A stretch of DNA of 63,144 nt, filler included, from Octopus bimaculoides (lineage: Eukaryota): the NCBI RefSeq assembly GCF_001194135.2. It is 6 parts of 6 records of this genome, joined end to end, with 100 filler letters (N's around TTAATTAATTAA, not from the genome) between each part and the next. Parts side by side here need not be neighbours in the genome. Positions count along the whole stretch, not along the records: positions 1 to 22,959 come from NC_068984.1; 5 more parts are not named here. One strand, 5' to 3'. Position numbers and translations under genes: made by a program. This document shows positions 1-12,920 of this stretch, one piece after another. Every line of letters starts with the position of its first letter. Position 1 is the first letter of the stretch. A model generated the notes under the pieces. It made no database searches. It was not told where the DNA came from and saw only the letters and a list, made by a program, of their open reading frames with translations.

Positions 1-1
1 C

Positions 2-330
2 TAGTCTAATCTTAAGTACTCTGTCACATACTCTAACTACCTCGATTACCTTATCAACCCATTTCTCTGCTAGAAGTATTCCTACGCCCCCGACTCCGTC
101 AGTGTTCCCTGCCCAGAAAAACTTGTACCTGTGTTCTTTGCCTGTGAGGAACCTCTCAAAACCTCCTCTCCATCTTACTTCTTGGATGCAGCACAGATCT
201 ATGTGTCGCCGTTCAAGCATCTCAACAATCTCACCAGACCTACCTTTCAGCGTGCCGATGTTGAGAGTGCCAATCCTGACAGTGTGGGAGGAGTGGGTGT
301 CAGAGGAGTGGGCCCGTGTGACCCTGGGAT
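2..330 (-). mobile_element. RTE-clade LINE, 5' part encoding the apurinic endonuclease (runs off the window edge)
   Basis: Hand translation of the minus strand 280->2 is open: VRIGTLNIGTLKGRSGEIVEMLERRHIDLCCIQEVRWRGG...YKFFWAGNTDGVGGVGILLAEKWVDKVIEVVRVCDRVLKIRL, with the typical EN motifs (GTLN, CIQE.RW, GVGILL). Not in the ORF track. Confidence 0.93.
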
Positions 331-1639
331 GGGGGTAAGCAGTGTCGTGAACCTGAAAAGAAAGCTTGCATTTGGCAGAGTTCATAAACAAAAACAATAC
401 CTACAACCTTCATATACTACCCAATCTAATGAAATAATAATATAATCCATTCTTCAAGATTTCAGTCATAAATGTTGACACAACAGCCACTAATTATGAT
501 AAAATCATTTGCTTCAAAGTTTAACTGTGAAGAGAAGGAGTGAGAGGGAGAATAGAAAAAGAAGATGTAGAAAAACAAGAGTGACTATGAAACCTTATGC
601 AAGTTAGGCATAAAAAAGATTGCTTTTCTGTATTCTTAAGCTATTCATGGGAAAACAAATCATTTCAAGTACTCCATCTCTCAGTAAATTCACCACACAC
701 CTCGAGAACTCCTCATGTCCTCTACTATATATATATATTAACTTAATACATACTCATGATTAATATTCTTTTATTGTTAATAGCAATGTTAGATCTAATT
801 GTTTATCTTGAATGCCAACTTTTCTAACCATTTTTCTCATTGATTCTCTACATGTTCATTGTCACAAGACAGCGAGCACTTGGCAATTAAAGGACATTAT
901 TTCTGTGTCATCTCTTAAATAATGGATTCCAACAATGATAAAACTACCATTTGCAGTGGTTTTCTTTTTCATTAGTTTTATGATTCTCTGATTTTTTCTT
1001 TATGTATATTCCTTCACAAATACATTTTATGTTGTTTGTTTCTCTATAGATCTATCACTTCAGATTTTCTAATTGCAAAGGAAACACATTCAAAGAGAGG
1101 GAAGGAAGAGAGATATAAAAGAGAAAGAGGAGAGAAAAAGCAGGATGTGGTAATGAAAGGAGAGAAAGGTGAGAGAAATTGGGAGGGAAAAGGAAAAGTG
1201 AGAGAAAAGGATTATTTTTTTTTTTATTGTTCAAAGAATTTAATCACTTGATTCTGTCATTAAATGCTTCTGTCTGCCTGTTTCTGATGGCGCCAAAACA
1301 AACTGCTTCAGGAGAAATGAGCTTTCAATTCAGTTTATATCCTTAAAGTTGAGAAATCTTCTCTCTAACGAATGACACACAAATTTCACTGTTGCTGCAC
1401 TTAATAGGAAAAATTAACAATCCAGTTTGCATATAATGCTTCAAGGCTTCCAACATGAGATGCTAATATTGTTTCTTATAGAATTTAACTAACTTGCAAC
1501 ATTTTCTTTTTTACCTCATCAGATATCATTTCAATTCAAAATTTTAGCAAGTTAAAAATATTAGGAAGAATTTCATAAAAAATAATAGATATTTACCAAA
1601 GAAAAATGGAATGAAGAACACACAAAAGCTTCTTTTCTA

Positions 1640-2310
1640 TTGCTTCTCATTTATTCTTAAGTTTGTAAGTGGATATTTTGAATATTTGCATTACTGCACT
1701 TATCTCCTTGTACTTTCTGATCCACCTATATCTCCTACAACTTGCCTCTCTCCTCCTCTTCCAAACTGTTTTTCATAATTGACCATGCCTCCACTTGCGT
1801 TCACCTTTATCCCCATCTCTAACCATCTGTAATTCTTTTTACTCTTTCATCAACTTAACCACTCTTCCTTTCCGATATGCTATCTATTCTCTCTTATATT
1901 CATCTTCTTGTACTTTGAAGGTATTCCTTGACACCTCATGACCACAATCTTTTCTTTCTTTCAAACTGGGATAGCCACATATCTCCTCTACAGCAAGACA
2001 CCTGTGCTTCTCCAGCTATCATATTTTAACCTCTTAACACCTTCCATAAAGCCACCTCTCTCTACTACATCCCTACTCAGTTGAAGAGCCTTGTATTGTT
2101 AGTTACTTCGTAACCACACTAGTGCCAATGCCACAAAAATGAACCCAATCTACTTAGTAATGTAAATAGTGTTAGGAAGGATACCCAGCTGTAGAAACTG
2201 TGCCAAAGCAGACACTGGAGCTCAATGCAGGCCTGTGGCTTGTTGGATCCTATTAAACCATCCAACCCATGCTAGTGTGGGACATAGATGTTAAATGATG
2301 AAAATGAGGC
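1640..2310 (+). repeat. Old composite repeat: pyrimidine-rich body plus RTE-type 3' tail (copy 1)
   Basis: 1990-2130 aligns by eye with 16060-16200; it is followed by ...aggaaggatacccagctgtagaaac...ccaacccatgc...gatgttaaatgatga, the same tail seen at RTE 3' ends in this window. Confidence 0.55.
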
Positions 2311-3619
2311 TGTCAGATAGCAAGAAGCCCTTTTTAGTTTTAATCATTCATAAATAACGAGTAAAACTTGTGAAGCAAACTGAGAAAAATACTTCCCTTA
2401 CCAAAACACATGAGGGAATGTCTGATAAAGTTTAAAATCATGATTTTCAGACAATAGTCTATCACAATGTTTCATAATCTTTTTATTCATGAAGAACCTT
2501 CAAAATACACTCCATGTCACTGGAAATTCCTCACAGAAATATTATTGCATGTCATTAGCATTTAGTGGCCATTAAACTATGATACTGATGATATTGGGAA
2601 GCAATGTGTATATATATATATATNNNNNNNNNNNNNNNNNNNNNNNNNNNNNNNNNNNNNNNNNNNNNNNNNNNNNNNNNNNNNNNNNNNNNNNNNNNNN
2701 NNNNNNNNNNNNNNNNNNNNNNNNNNNNNNNNNNNNNNNNNNNNNNNNNNNNNNNNNNNNNNNNNNNNNNNNNNNNNNNNNNNNNNNNNNNNNNNNNNNN
2801 NNNNNNNNNNNNNNNNNNNNNNNNNNNNNNNNNNNNNNNNNNNNNNNNNNNNNNNNNNNNNNNNNNNNNNNNNNNNNNNNNNNNNNNNNNNNNNNNNNNN
2901 NNNNNNNNNNNNNNNNNNNNNNNNNNNNNNNNNNNNNNNNNNNNNNNNNNNNNNNNNNNNNNNNNNNNNNNNNNNNNNNNNNNNNNATATATATATATAT
3001 ATATATATATAATTGAGGTGGTTCCATTAAGAACGTATTAGAGTACAAATAGAGATGTATGGTATATCGGTAAGTGATTGCATAAGTATGAGCTAATGGA
3101 TGAGTGTATTTTGTGTAATAATACAATTTGGCATGTGCAGAATAACATGTGAAACTAAATAAACAGACAACGTGCACATTGCCGCTCATGTTGAACGTGT
3201 AATAACACACTCATAGCGAGCGGATTGAAACTGTCAGTGTTTGTTAGTTTCATAGGAGCCATGGATGTAATAGCATTGAAATCAAAATTTACTTGTGGAG
3301 ACAGCGATTAAATATAACCCGAGGAGATACGTATGGATCTTATCACACAGGGAAATCGTTACCTACTTTAATTTAATTTAAATCCTGTGTATATATGTAG
3401 ATCTATATGTATCGAAACATTTGTAGAGACTATAAGTCAGGAAAAAATGCATCTGTTTATCTGTCGATAGAGTGGGTATATTATCCGAAGTGTACAGTAT
3501 TGTACATCTGTAATGGATATATAATACTGTACACTCCAGATAATATATACATACATATGTACTTATGTACAAACATATGCATCATGTATGTATGTATAAA
3601 TCATATATGTGTAAATATA

Positions 3620-3664
<45 letters not shown>

Positions 3665-3877
3665 CAGTAAATTTCGTAATCTCTACCAATATAGCATAAG
3701 ACTACACCCCAAAGGATCATTTACTAGATTCCTTAAGGGTCGTTCTCATTGTTTATATTTCAAAGGTTTCAAATTTGTATGTTTAAAAATGGAAGAATTA
3801 AATAAATGGAATATAGATCAGTCGTGTTGTGAGTCTCTACATTTTTAAACATACAAATTTNNNNNNNNNNNNNNNNN

Positions 3878-3913
<36 letters not shown>

Positions 3914-3914
3914 C

Positions 3915-4145
3915 TTATATCTTTTATCTCTTACTTGTTTTAGTCATTAGACTGCAGCTTTGCTAGGGGATCACTTCAAAGAATTTTTAGTCGAATGAAT
4001 TAACCCTAGTACTGAATATTTGCTAAACTTGGTACGTATTCTATTTGTACTTTTTGCTGAACTGCTAAGTTACAGGGACATAAACACACCAACACTGATT
4101 GTCAAGCAGTGATGGGGGACAAACACAGAGACAAAGACACACACA
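3915..4145 (-). mobile_element. SINE family A, 3' half
   Basis: Matches the fuller copies at 45480-45870 and 54035-54455 (ctaagttacagggacataaacacacc...ttgtcaagc...ggggacaaacacag). Confidence 0.85.
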
Positions 4146-4756
4146 CATAATAAAGACTGCTGGAAGCAGTATTCTTAGTCTGGATGCTCATCCTGATGCC
4201 AACCTTTACTTATTTATCAACTACCATACATTATACCACATCTTTGTATGTAAAATCACCACTGGACATTACGTATGGGAGACACGAACAACAGTCCTGC
4301 CAAAGTGGCATTAATGCAAAGGCTTAGAACACAAACACACACATGTAGTCAGACAAACAGATGGACAGTCAGACACACATACACATGCACACACACAGAC
4401 ACACACAGTGGTGATGGTAGTGTTTCTGTTTACCAAATCTCACTCATGAGATATTGTTGGCCAACCCAATAGTAGAAAACATTTACCCAGGAACTGAATT
4501 CAAAAAGTCTGTGAAGCAAACTTTTTAATTATATTTTATATCTCCTCTATGTTTCAATTAGTTCAATCTCCAGTCATCATCAGGTTTCTTATTCCTAGAT
4601 GAGTACGTAGTACCTAATTGTATTCTAACTAGGAACCTTTATTTCTAAACTAACAGTAATAGTTCTCATCCACAATGCCACTGACACTTAGATTTTTTAA
4701 GGATTTTTAAAACTATTTTTAACGGCAGTTCTATTTAGTTGATGCTGTTGCTAGGT

Positions 4757-4957
4757 TTCTGGATTGGCAAATCAGAAGCAGAAAAGTAGGAATCTGGTGT
4801 AGGTTTTGTTATTAGTAGTGATATGGTACATAAACTAGAATATTTACCGAATGGAATTAATGATGATCGTCTTATGTTATTGTGATTTACAATTGGACTA
4901 GAAAAATATGCTGCACTAATAAATACAGACACACCAATACTTGGCCCTACAGACACA
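4757..4957 (+). mobile_element. RTE-BovB-like endonuclease fragment, duplicate of 7670-7870
   Basis: Translates FWIGKSEAEK*ESGVGFVISSDMVHKLEYLPNGINDDRLMLL*; 193/201 nt identical to 7670-7870. Confidence 0.85.
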
Positions 4958-6805
4958 ACCAATATATGTAGTGTCATTAATCTTTCTGTTTTTCTTTTAT
5001 GGTTCCAAATGCAAAAAGAGACTCCATAACATTAATATTGGTATTGGTCTAAAAATGATATTATCAATTCTATAAAAACACAAACTACTTCACAGTTTCC
5101 TCAACAAGTTCAATGTACCCAAATTTCATTCAAATTTTGTCAGTCTTTTTTCCAAATAGAGACCCTATTTATAAGCCCTAAATCATCATTCAATATTTTC
5201 CACAATTAAGATAGAAAGGACTAACTGAGTAAACCATAAATTCTTCAATTATTAACTGAGATATTAGCTGAGTAAATCATATACTCTTCAATTAATTTTC
5301 TCATCATAGTTTAACTTACAAAGTGCTGATGGAATGTTTAAGATATATAGCATTAAACCTGCACAATTTACTTTCCATTTAACTAAACAAAAGAGAAAGT
5401 GAAACCATACTATATCTATAATCTACTTTAAGCTTGCATACTACTTCTTGATTAAGCTTGCATACTGCTTCTGCATGTGAAACTGATTTTGTAACAATAC
5501 TACTAACACTTGTCTAGATAACTTCCAAAGCTTACAAATAATTGTACAGTATCTCATTTTGATACCAATATTTTTAAGCAGCTGTTATTTTGATCTTCTT
5601 CTTCTTCTTCTTCTCNNNNNNNNNNCCATCATCATTGCCATCCTTCTGATAAAATTAGAAAATATAGTTTGGCTACAAGATTTTTCCAGTTAGTGTTTAG
5701 CTTATAATAAATCAATATATTCTCTGTTATTAAATCTATGCTTATTCTGTGAAAGCCTTCTTGTTATTTTATTTTTGACATTTATTAAATTTGAAAATAC
5801 TTTAATGCTATAAAATGAAAGATGACAAAAATATGAAATAAACAAGAAACCCATGAGTTTTAAATGGTCATTTCTAGACAATATGAATGAGTGAATAGCT
5901 AAATAAACAGATGGTGCTTAGATAGATTGCTATTACATTTGATTGTCAAAAATGCTACATTGCAAAATTATAGTTTATAATAGTACATTCTCTATACAAA
6001 AGTGTATACATTTTAGTTATTTATTTACGATACTTTAAACTCTTCCAGCCAGCAGCAGTTGTTTGTCTATCTCTCATCCTGTACTAAAGATATCTATTTC
6101 AACTTACTCCTTTATTTAGTCATCATTCTCAGTGACATTGTACATTTCTTCTTGGTTATCAATTGTTATTCTGTTATTCTGTCCATCTCATTTATTTTCC
6201 TCATCCGCACATAGTTCTGTCTAAGATTCTGATACTCCAAACAGACATCATTCATCTTTCTTACCGTCAGACCTAGCCTTACTCTTCCTTCAAGAATTCT
6301 TATTCCATCAGATTGTCTGACCACTGCTAATCAAGGTAACACAATTACTGTGTTTTATACAGCACAGAACCCATTGGAAAAATTCCTCTAATACTTTAAA
6401 TCAGTTTATAACAAGTCTCTTTCTTCCAAAATAGTAACTTTTCTTCCTACTCACTACTTCTCAAACACGATGGCTCTCTAAGTAGCGCGTCTACAAATAA
6501 AGCTTTCTCAACATCACATACACAACAAAACTCACCACCATAAACATTCTTTCTTTACTCGCTGCTATGAACACTTGGTTGCCATACATAGAAATTTCTC
6601 CAATCACTGCAATCCAACAAACTGTATAGCACTGCTGGTGTCCATTCTATTATTCCCAAATAGTGGACTCAGAAATGAGCTCATGTATTTATCAAATTCG
6701 TCAATCTGTCTCTCTCTCTCTCTAAAGGAATTTATCATAGCCTATGGCAACATGCAATGATGCATCTGAGTTCTAATGGTAATGTCATACATACATGCAT
6801 ACATG

Positions 6806-6837
<32 letters not shown>

Positions 6838-7499
6838 CATACATACAAGCAAGCAAACAAACATACATATGATATATATTTTTTATATTTATATTTTATA
6901 TTCTTTATGTGGGTGTGTGAGTGTGGGTGTGTGTGTGTGTATGTGCATGCATGTGTGTGTGCATGTGCATGCATGTGTGTGTGTATGAGTGTGTATGTTG
7001 AGCTACCAACCCTCAATGCAATGGTTGATCAAGCCATACTATCACTACTTAATCTGAGACTTAGTCTACATCTGGCAAGTGGCACACTGTACTAGTACAA
7101 GTTATGATTTCTAGGTGAAGAGGTTAGGTTTATACAACACAAGCCAATTTCACTTTAAACAAAATCATAGTGTTGGTCGTTCAGTAGCAACATGAGGACA
7201 AATCAAATCTAATGGTGATGAAGTGATTGTGATGAAGACAGGGTAAGAAAATCACTGGAGATCTCTAGCTTAAGCTTTGCACATATGGTGGTAAGAAGTA
7301 CGTGGCTGTTCTGTGAAACCCATGTGAGCAATTTCGCATTCTATGTCCTCTTCTTAACAAAAAAGCAGGCTATTTAGGATGGCACTGCTTTCCCTTATGT
7401 GGGGAGGGGACTAGAAAATGTATGCTAAAAATTGCTTGCTCATACAATCCCGTTATACATCAAAAAAAAAAAAAAGTATGAGAAGACAAAGGAAAACAG

Positions 7500-8334
7500 A
7501 TGTGAATATAGTAGCTGGAACATATACACACTTCAAGACCACAAGAAGCATCCTGAGCACAAAACAGCATTTATGGTATGGTTTCTGAGAAGTAAAAATG
7601 TTAGTATTTTTAGAGGCAAGACTACCAGATTCTGGTCAACTGAGTGAAGTAGTTGGAGGGTACACTTACTTCTGGATTGGCAAATCAGAAGCAGAAAAGT
7701 AGGAATCTGGTGTAGGTTTTGTTATTAGTAGGGATATGGTACATAAACTAGAATATTTACTGCATGAAATTAATGATGATCGTCTTATGTTATTGTGATT
7801 CACAATTGGACTAGAAAAATATCCTGCACTAATAAGTACAGACACACCAATACTTGGCTCTACAGACACAGCTAAAAACAAATTCTATTCTGATTTATGA
7901 ATATTACTCAATCAAATTCCCAATCAAGATAAAATTTTTCTTTTAAGAAATTTTAATGCCCATGTTAAATCAGATTACCTCTCTTGGTAAGCATTGTCTT
8001 GGCAAAATGAACTCAAATGGACTCCTGCTACTATCTTTGTGTAGTGAGTTTGAACTTTCTGTCACCAATACACTTTTTGAACAGTTCAATAAAAAGAAAA
8101 TAAGTTGGTATCATCACAGATCATGTTATGAACACTTGATTAACGATGTGATTGTCTGAAGCCGAGATAGAAATGATGTTAAACTAACATGTTCTTTCCA
8201 TAAGGCAAAGGTAAAAATGAAACCAAAGCCAGCCAGAAAACAAAATTGTAAAAAGATTATAAGGAAACTTGACATTTCGAAGCTCAAAGTAGATAACAAT
8301 AAGGATATTCTCACTCAAACACTTGATATAAAAC
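7500..8334 (+). mobile_element. Degraded RTE-BovB-like LINE, endonuclease region
   Basis: SSWNIYTLQD...HPEHKTA, RLPDSGQLSEVVGGYTYFWIG, GKHCLGKMNSNGLLLLSLCSEFELSVTNTLF...SWYHHRS..HLINDVIV*SRDRNDVKLT are BovB-type EN motifs with stops and frameshifts. Confidence 0.85.
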
Positions 8335-8336
8335 TA

Positions 8337-8712
8337 TCAGGTCATCCCATAAATTTTGTCCGAATTTTGAATAAAGAAAGCAAGGGATCAAATGTTATAT
8401 TCAATCGAAATTTAATCAGCAATTTACTTTCCCTGATTATCTATGACTTCCTTCCATCTATTTACAAGCATTTTAATCCTGTCAATGTAAAACTATTTTG
8501 GTTTCAAAGCGAAGAACTCTGAAATGTCAGTTTCGACCTCCTCCTGGTTTGCAAAAGTTATATTCCCCAAATGATTCTGTAAACTATGAAACAAATGATA
8601 GTCTGAAGGAGCAAGGTCGGGAGAATAAGGTGGATGAACAATTTTTTCCCAACCAAGCTTTTTGATTTTCTGTGATGTGATCTTTGCAATGTGGGGTCTG
8701 TGCATGTGTGTG
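8337..8712 (-). mobile_element. Mariner transposon, 3' part with TIR
   Basis: HRPHIAKITSQKIKKLGWEKIVHPPYSPDLAPSDYHLFHSLQNHL (mariner YSPDLAPSD motif); TA at 8335-8336 followed by TIR-like tcaggtcatcccataaattttgtccg, where the BovB reading ends. Confidence 0.9.
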
Positions 8713-8786
8713 TATGCGTGTGTGTTAGTGGTAAACAATGAGAATGAATGCTCAACACTGCATTGGCAGATAAATAGTTTATTTTT

Positions 8787-8983
8787 AGATTTTCAATACT
8801 ACCTTAAGTTTCATGCATTATAGTTTGCAATTTAAGTCTTCCATTTAAAAAATGGTGGTAATCTGTCTCCATTTTGGGTAGCAAAATCCGAAATGGAGAT
8901 GGATTACCACAAGTTTTTAAGTGGTCCACTTGCAAATTGTGAACTATAACATATGGAACTTTAAGAAGTTGTCAAAAATCCCC
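8787..8983. repeat. Degenerate foldback (long inverted repeat), MITE-like
   Basis: 8855-8874 and 8891-8910 are 18/20 reverse complements; weaker complementarity extends to about 95-nt arms. Confidence 0.75.
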
Positions 8984-9124
8984 AAATACACATATATATA
9001 TGTGTGTGCTTGTGTGTGTATATATATATATATATGTATACACACATACACACATACCTGTATATGTAGACACACACACACACCCACATATACACAAACA
9101 CACCCATATATATATATTAATAAT

Positions 9125-9384
9125 AATTATAAGCTTAGAGCTTATAAGTGATCACTGTGTATTGGCTAAAGAAAATAGTCAAATATTGGGGCATATAACC
9201 CCTCGAAAGAAAAAGTGGGTATTAGTATGCATGAGGATCAAACCCATACCGCTTATATTTATGATAAGCGGTGTGGGTTCGATTCCCATGTGTACTAACA
9301 CCCATTTTTTACTGTCAAGGGCTTATCTGACTATTTCCTTTAGCCAATACATAGTGATCGCTTATAAGCTTACAGTTTATAATT
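9125..9384. repeat. About 260-bp foldback element with a Pol III B-box-like motif
   Basis: Outer arms 9140-9181 / 9328-9369 match 39/42; inner arms 9241-9256 / 9264-9279 match 15/16; 7-nt loop; GGTTCGATTCCC at 9276-9287. Confidence 0.9.
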
Positions 9385-9393
9385 GTTATCATT

Positions 9394-9485
<92 letters not shown>

Positions 9486-9489
9486 GAGT

Positions 9490-9610
9490 TGTAGGCATGT
9501 TTGTGCAATTCAGAAATTTGCTTCCCAACTATGTGGCTTTGGGTTCAGTCTCACTGTGTGGAACCTTGGGACAATGTCTTCTACTATAGCTCTGGATTGA
9601 CCATTACCAT
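9490..9610 (+). mobile_element. SINE family A, tRNA-like head fragment
   Basis: gcttcccaactatgtggctttgggttcagtctcactg...ccttggg..aatgtcttctactatagc matches the family A head. Confidence 0.75.
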
Positions 9611-9930
9611 CTATCTTTCTGTCTATTGCTACACACACATACGCATATCAAATTAAATACACAACCAAAAGAGCTACTGATAGTTTCATGCTATTCTGAT
9701 ACTTGAACAGGCATATTTATAAAATATACCCTGTATCTTAAAGCAATCTTTCAGGCTCTGTTTATGTGTTATATATAAATTTTACAAGGATGTTGGACAA
9801 TAAGAAAATAAGAAAAAAATGTGGAAAAAATGTGAAGGTTGGTATATCCGTCCATCCATTCGTCCATCCGTACATACGTATGTACGTACATAAATACATA
9901 CACAGACACACATGTATGTATGTGTGTATA

Positions 9931-10184
9931 TGAGGATCTTACTTTCAAAACCGGTATAAGTGCATATTTGGTCAATTTCATGTTAACCATTAAAACACAA
10001 TCTACTAGCTGCTGGCTTCACGCACATGAAATTTTTTTTCAGTTAAACTGGGATAGATGCCATGCAGACAATAGGTGAATCTTAGCCTTCCAATCAAAAT
10101 CAGATATATTTAGATACTGAATTTCCTCAATAACTCAAAAGTCATTCCAATGCATATATCTGGTTTTTGAAAGTAAGATCTTCA
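9931..10184. mobile_element. Tc1/mariner-type MITE (254 bp)
   Basis: TIRs tgaggatcttactttcaaaa / ttttgaaagtaagatcttca (19/20), TA on the left, no coding capacity. Confidence 0.8.
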
Positions 10185-10212
10185 ATTATATATATATATA
10201 AATATATAATTG

Positions 10213-10799
10213 TAGTGAGATTGTCGAGATGCTTGAATGAAGGCATGTTGATGTAAGAATAGCCTGAGCAAAGTTCAGAAAGCTCCTACCTCTACTGGTG
10301 ACAAAGGGCCTCTCGCTCAGAGTGAAAGGTAGACTGTACAATGCATGTGTGCAAACTGCCATGCTACACAGCAGTGAAACATAAGTCATGACTGCTGAAG
10401 ACATGCGTAGGCTTGAAAGAAATGAAGCTGGTATGATCCGTTGGATGTGTAATGTCAGTTTGCACACACGACAGAGTGTAAATGCCCTGAGAGAAATGTT
10501 GGACATAAGAAGCATCAGATGTGGTGTGCAAGAGAGACAATTGCACTGGTATGGTCATGTGTTATGTATGGATGAGGAGAGCTGTGTGAAGAAGTGTCAT
10601 ACCCTAACAGTGAAAGGAACCCGTGGAAGAGGGAGATCCAGGAAGACATGGGATGAGGTGGTGGAGCATGACCTATGAACGTTGGGCCTCACAGAGGCAA
10701 TGACGAAAGACCAAGACCTCTGGAGATGTGCTGTGATTGAGAAGACTCAGCAAGGAAAGTGAGATCACAGCTGTAGCCTACACCAGTGACGCATAACTA
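10213..10799 (+). mobile_element. RTE LINE with a large internal deletion (EN stub joined to the post-RT C-terminus)
   Basis: 10215-10252 (EIVEMLE*RHVD) matches the EN at 1-330; it continues directly as VRIA*AKFRKLLPLLVTKGLSLRVKGRLYNACV...MTAEDMRRLERNEAGMIRWMC...LHWYGHVL...GRGRSRKTW. Confidence 0.9.
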
Positions 10800-11659
10800 N
10801 NNNNNNNNNNNNNNNNNNNNNNNNNNNNNNNNNNNNNNNNNNNNNNNNNNNNNNNNNNNNNNNNNNNNNNNNNNNNNNNNNNNNNNNNNNNNNNNNNNNN
10901 NNNNNNNNNNNNNNNNNNNNNNNNNNNNNNNNNNNNNNNNNNNNNNNNNNNNNNNNNNNNNNNNNNNNNNNNNNNNNNNNNNNNNNNNNNNNNNNNNNNN
11001 NNNNNNNNNNNNNNNNNNNNNNNNNNNNNNNNNNNNNNNNNNNNNNNNNNNNNNNNNNNNNNNNNNNNNNNNNNNNNNNNNNNNNNNNNNNNNNNNNNNN
11101 NNNNNNNNNNNNNNNNNNNNNNNNNNNNNNNNNNNNNNNNNNNNNNNNNNNNNNNNNNNNNNNNNNNNNNNNNNNNNNNNNNNNNNNNNNNNNNNNNNNN
11201 NNNNNNNNNNNNNNNNNNNNNNNNNNNNNNNNNNNNNNNNNNNNNNNNNNNNNNNNNNNNNNNNNNNNNNNNNNNNNNNNNNNNTATGTATGTATGTATG
11301 TATGTATATGTGCATATATATATATATGTATGTATTTAATTAATTCAATAATGGGATAAAAATCTTTTATAAGAATTTTATCAGGAAGCTAGTGTGTAAA
11401 AAATTCATAAGGAAAAAAATCATCATTTTTTTATTCCCAAGAATATAATTATTCATTTATATTTATATAAGGGCATTAGTACAGAATAATTCCACACACT
11501 AGACATATATATGTATGTATGTATGTATGTATATGTGCATATATATATATATGTATGTGTGTATATTTATATATATATGTGTGTGTGTGTATATACATAC
11601 ATACATACATACATATATATATATATGTGTATATAACACACACACACACACATCATTGC

Positions 11660-12190
11660 AAAAACTGTACTAGAAAGACTTGAGTTCCTATTAAAGGCAA
11701 AAAAATACTCATGCACTGCCCACTTGCTATTTCTACAAAGCATAAGTGCAACCCATGATGGAATACTGTTCACATATCTAGAACTGTGCTGCTGCTAGAA
11801 ACATTGACTACATCTACAAGGTTATCCAAATGACTGTCAGACTTATTTGCCAACATGTCATTGGCTCACAGATATGTCATTTCCACTTTTTGCCTTTTCT
11901 GCTACAATTAAAATAAACCCTATTCTTCTGAACTAGTTTACTGAATGCAACCTCCAGTCAGATCTAATCAACAAAATTTTCTCTCCATTTCTTCTCATAC
12001 TTATTACAGTTTCATCCCTCTGTCTTAAACAAAACATATTTTTTTCTCCAGAATTTTTACCTTGTCGATATAATTGCCCTACAGAAAGTCAAACAGAATA
12101 TCTGTTACAATGACCTCACTAGCCTGGAAGAGCTAAGAAATGTCATAAACAACCTCTCTTTCTCCTCTTTCAGCTCCACCTATGATTATT
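11660..12190 (+). mobile_element. Degraded CR1/L2-type LINE 3' fragment
   Basis: MEYCSHI*NCAAA...VIQMTVRLI...SLAHR resembles the CR1 C-terminal MEYCSHIW...LAHRR motif. Confidence 0.55.
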
Positions 12191-12554
12191 AATTGAAACA
12201 AAAACAAAAAAAAAAAAGCAATTGATTACTGAATGAAGACAAAACATTTGGAATCTATAGTTTGACAAGCAATTATAAACAAAGCGTGAGGTGCTGAAAT
12301 TAATCAGAGAAGTGGAGAAGAAATTATTTTGATATAAGCCATCTCCTAATACAAGTTTGTTATGGGAATAAGATGCTGATTATGCAGAGAAAGCTATTTT
12401 GACGAGAAACAATTATATAAAAAAACAGTGTGTTAATTAACCTTTCAGCATCATATATGATTGATCTCATATTTAATATTTTATTACTTAATTGTATGAA
12501 GAAACTCATAATAGCTCTATTTTAATATATCTCTGACACAATATTATATTTTAT

Positions 12555-12739
12555 CATTATCTTTTACTTGTTTCAGTTATTGAACTATGCTAGGGCATTG
12601 CCTTGAAGGGTTTACTTATGTAAATCAACCCCAGAACCTTCTTTTTTAAGCTTGGTACTTATTCTATCAGTCTCTTTTGCTGACCTAAGTCATGGGGATA
12701 TAAAAAAACCAGCACTGGTTGTGAAGCAGTGGTAGGGGA

Positions 12740-12774
<35 letters not shown>

Positions 12775-12920
12775 CAGGCCTCTTTCAATTTTCATCTACC
12801 AATTCAACTCACAATACTTTGGCCAGCCCAAATCTATAATAGAAGAGAGTTGCTTAAAGGGCCATGCAGTGGGACTGAACCTAGAACCATGTTGAGGAAG
12901 CAAACTTCTTACTGCACAGT
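12555..12920 (-). mobile_element. SINE family A, diverged full-length copy
   Basis: Tail (ttttacttgtttcagt), body and head (gtgggactgaacctagaaccatg) are all recognisable; many CpG transitions. Confidence 0.85.
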
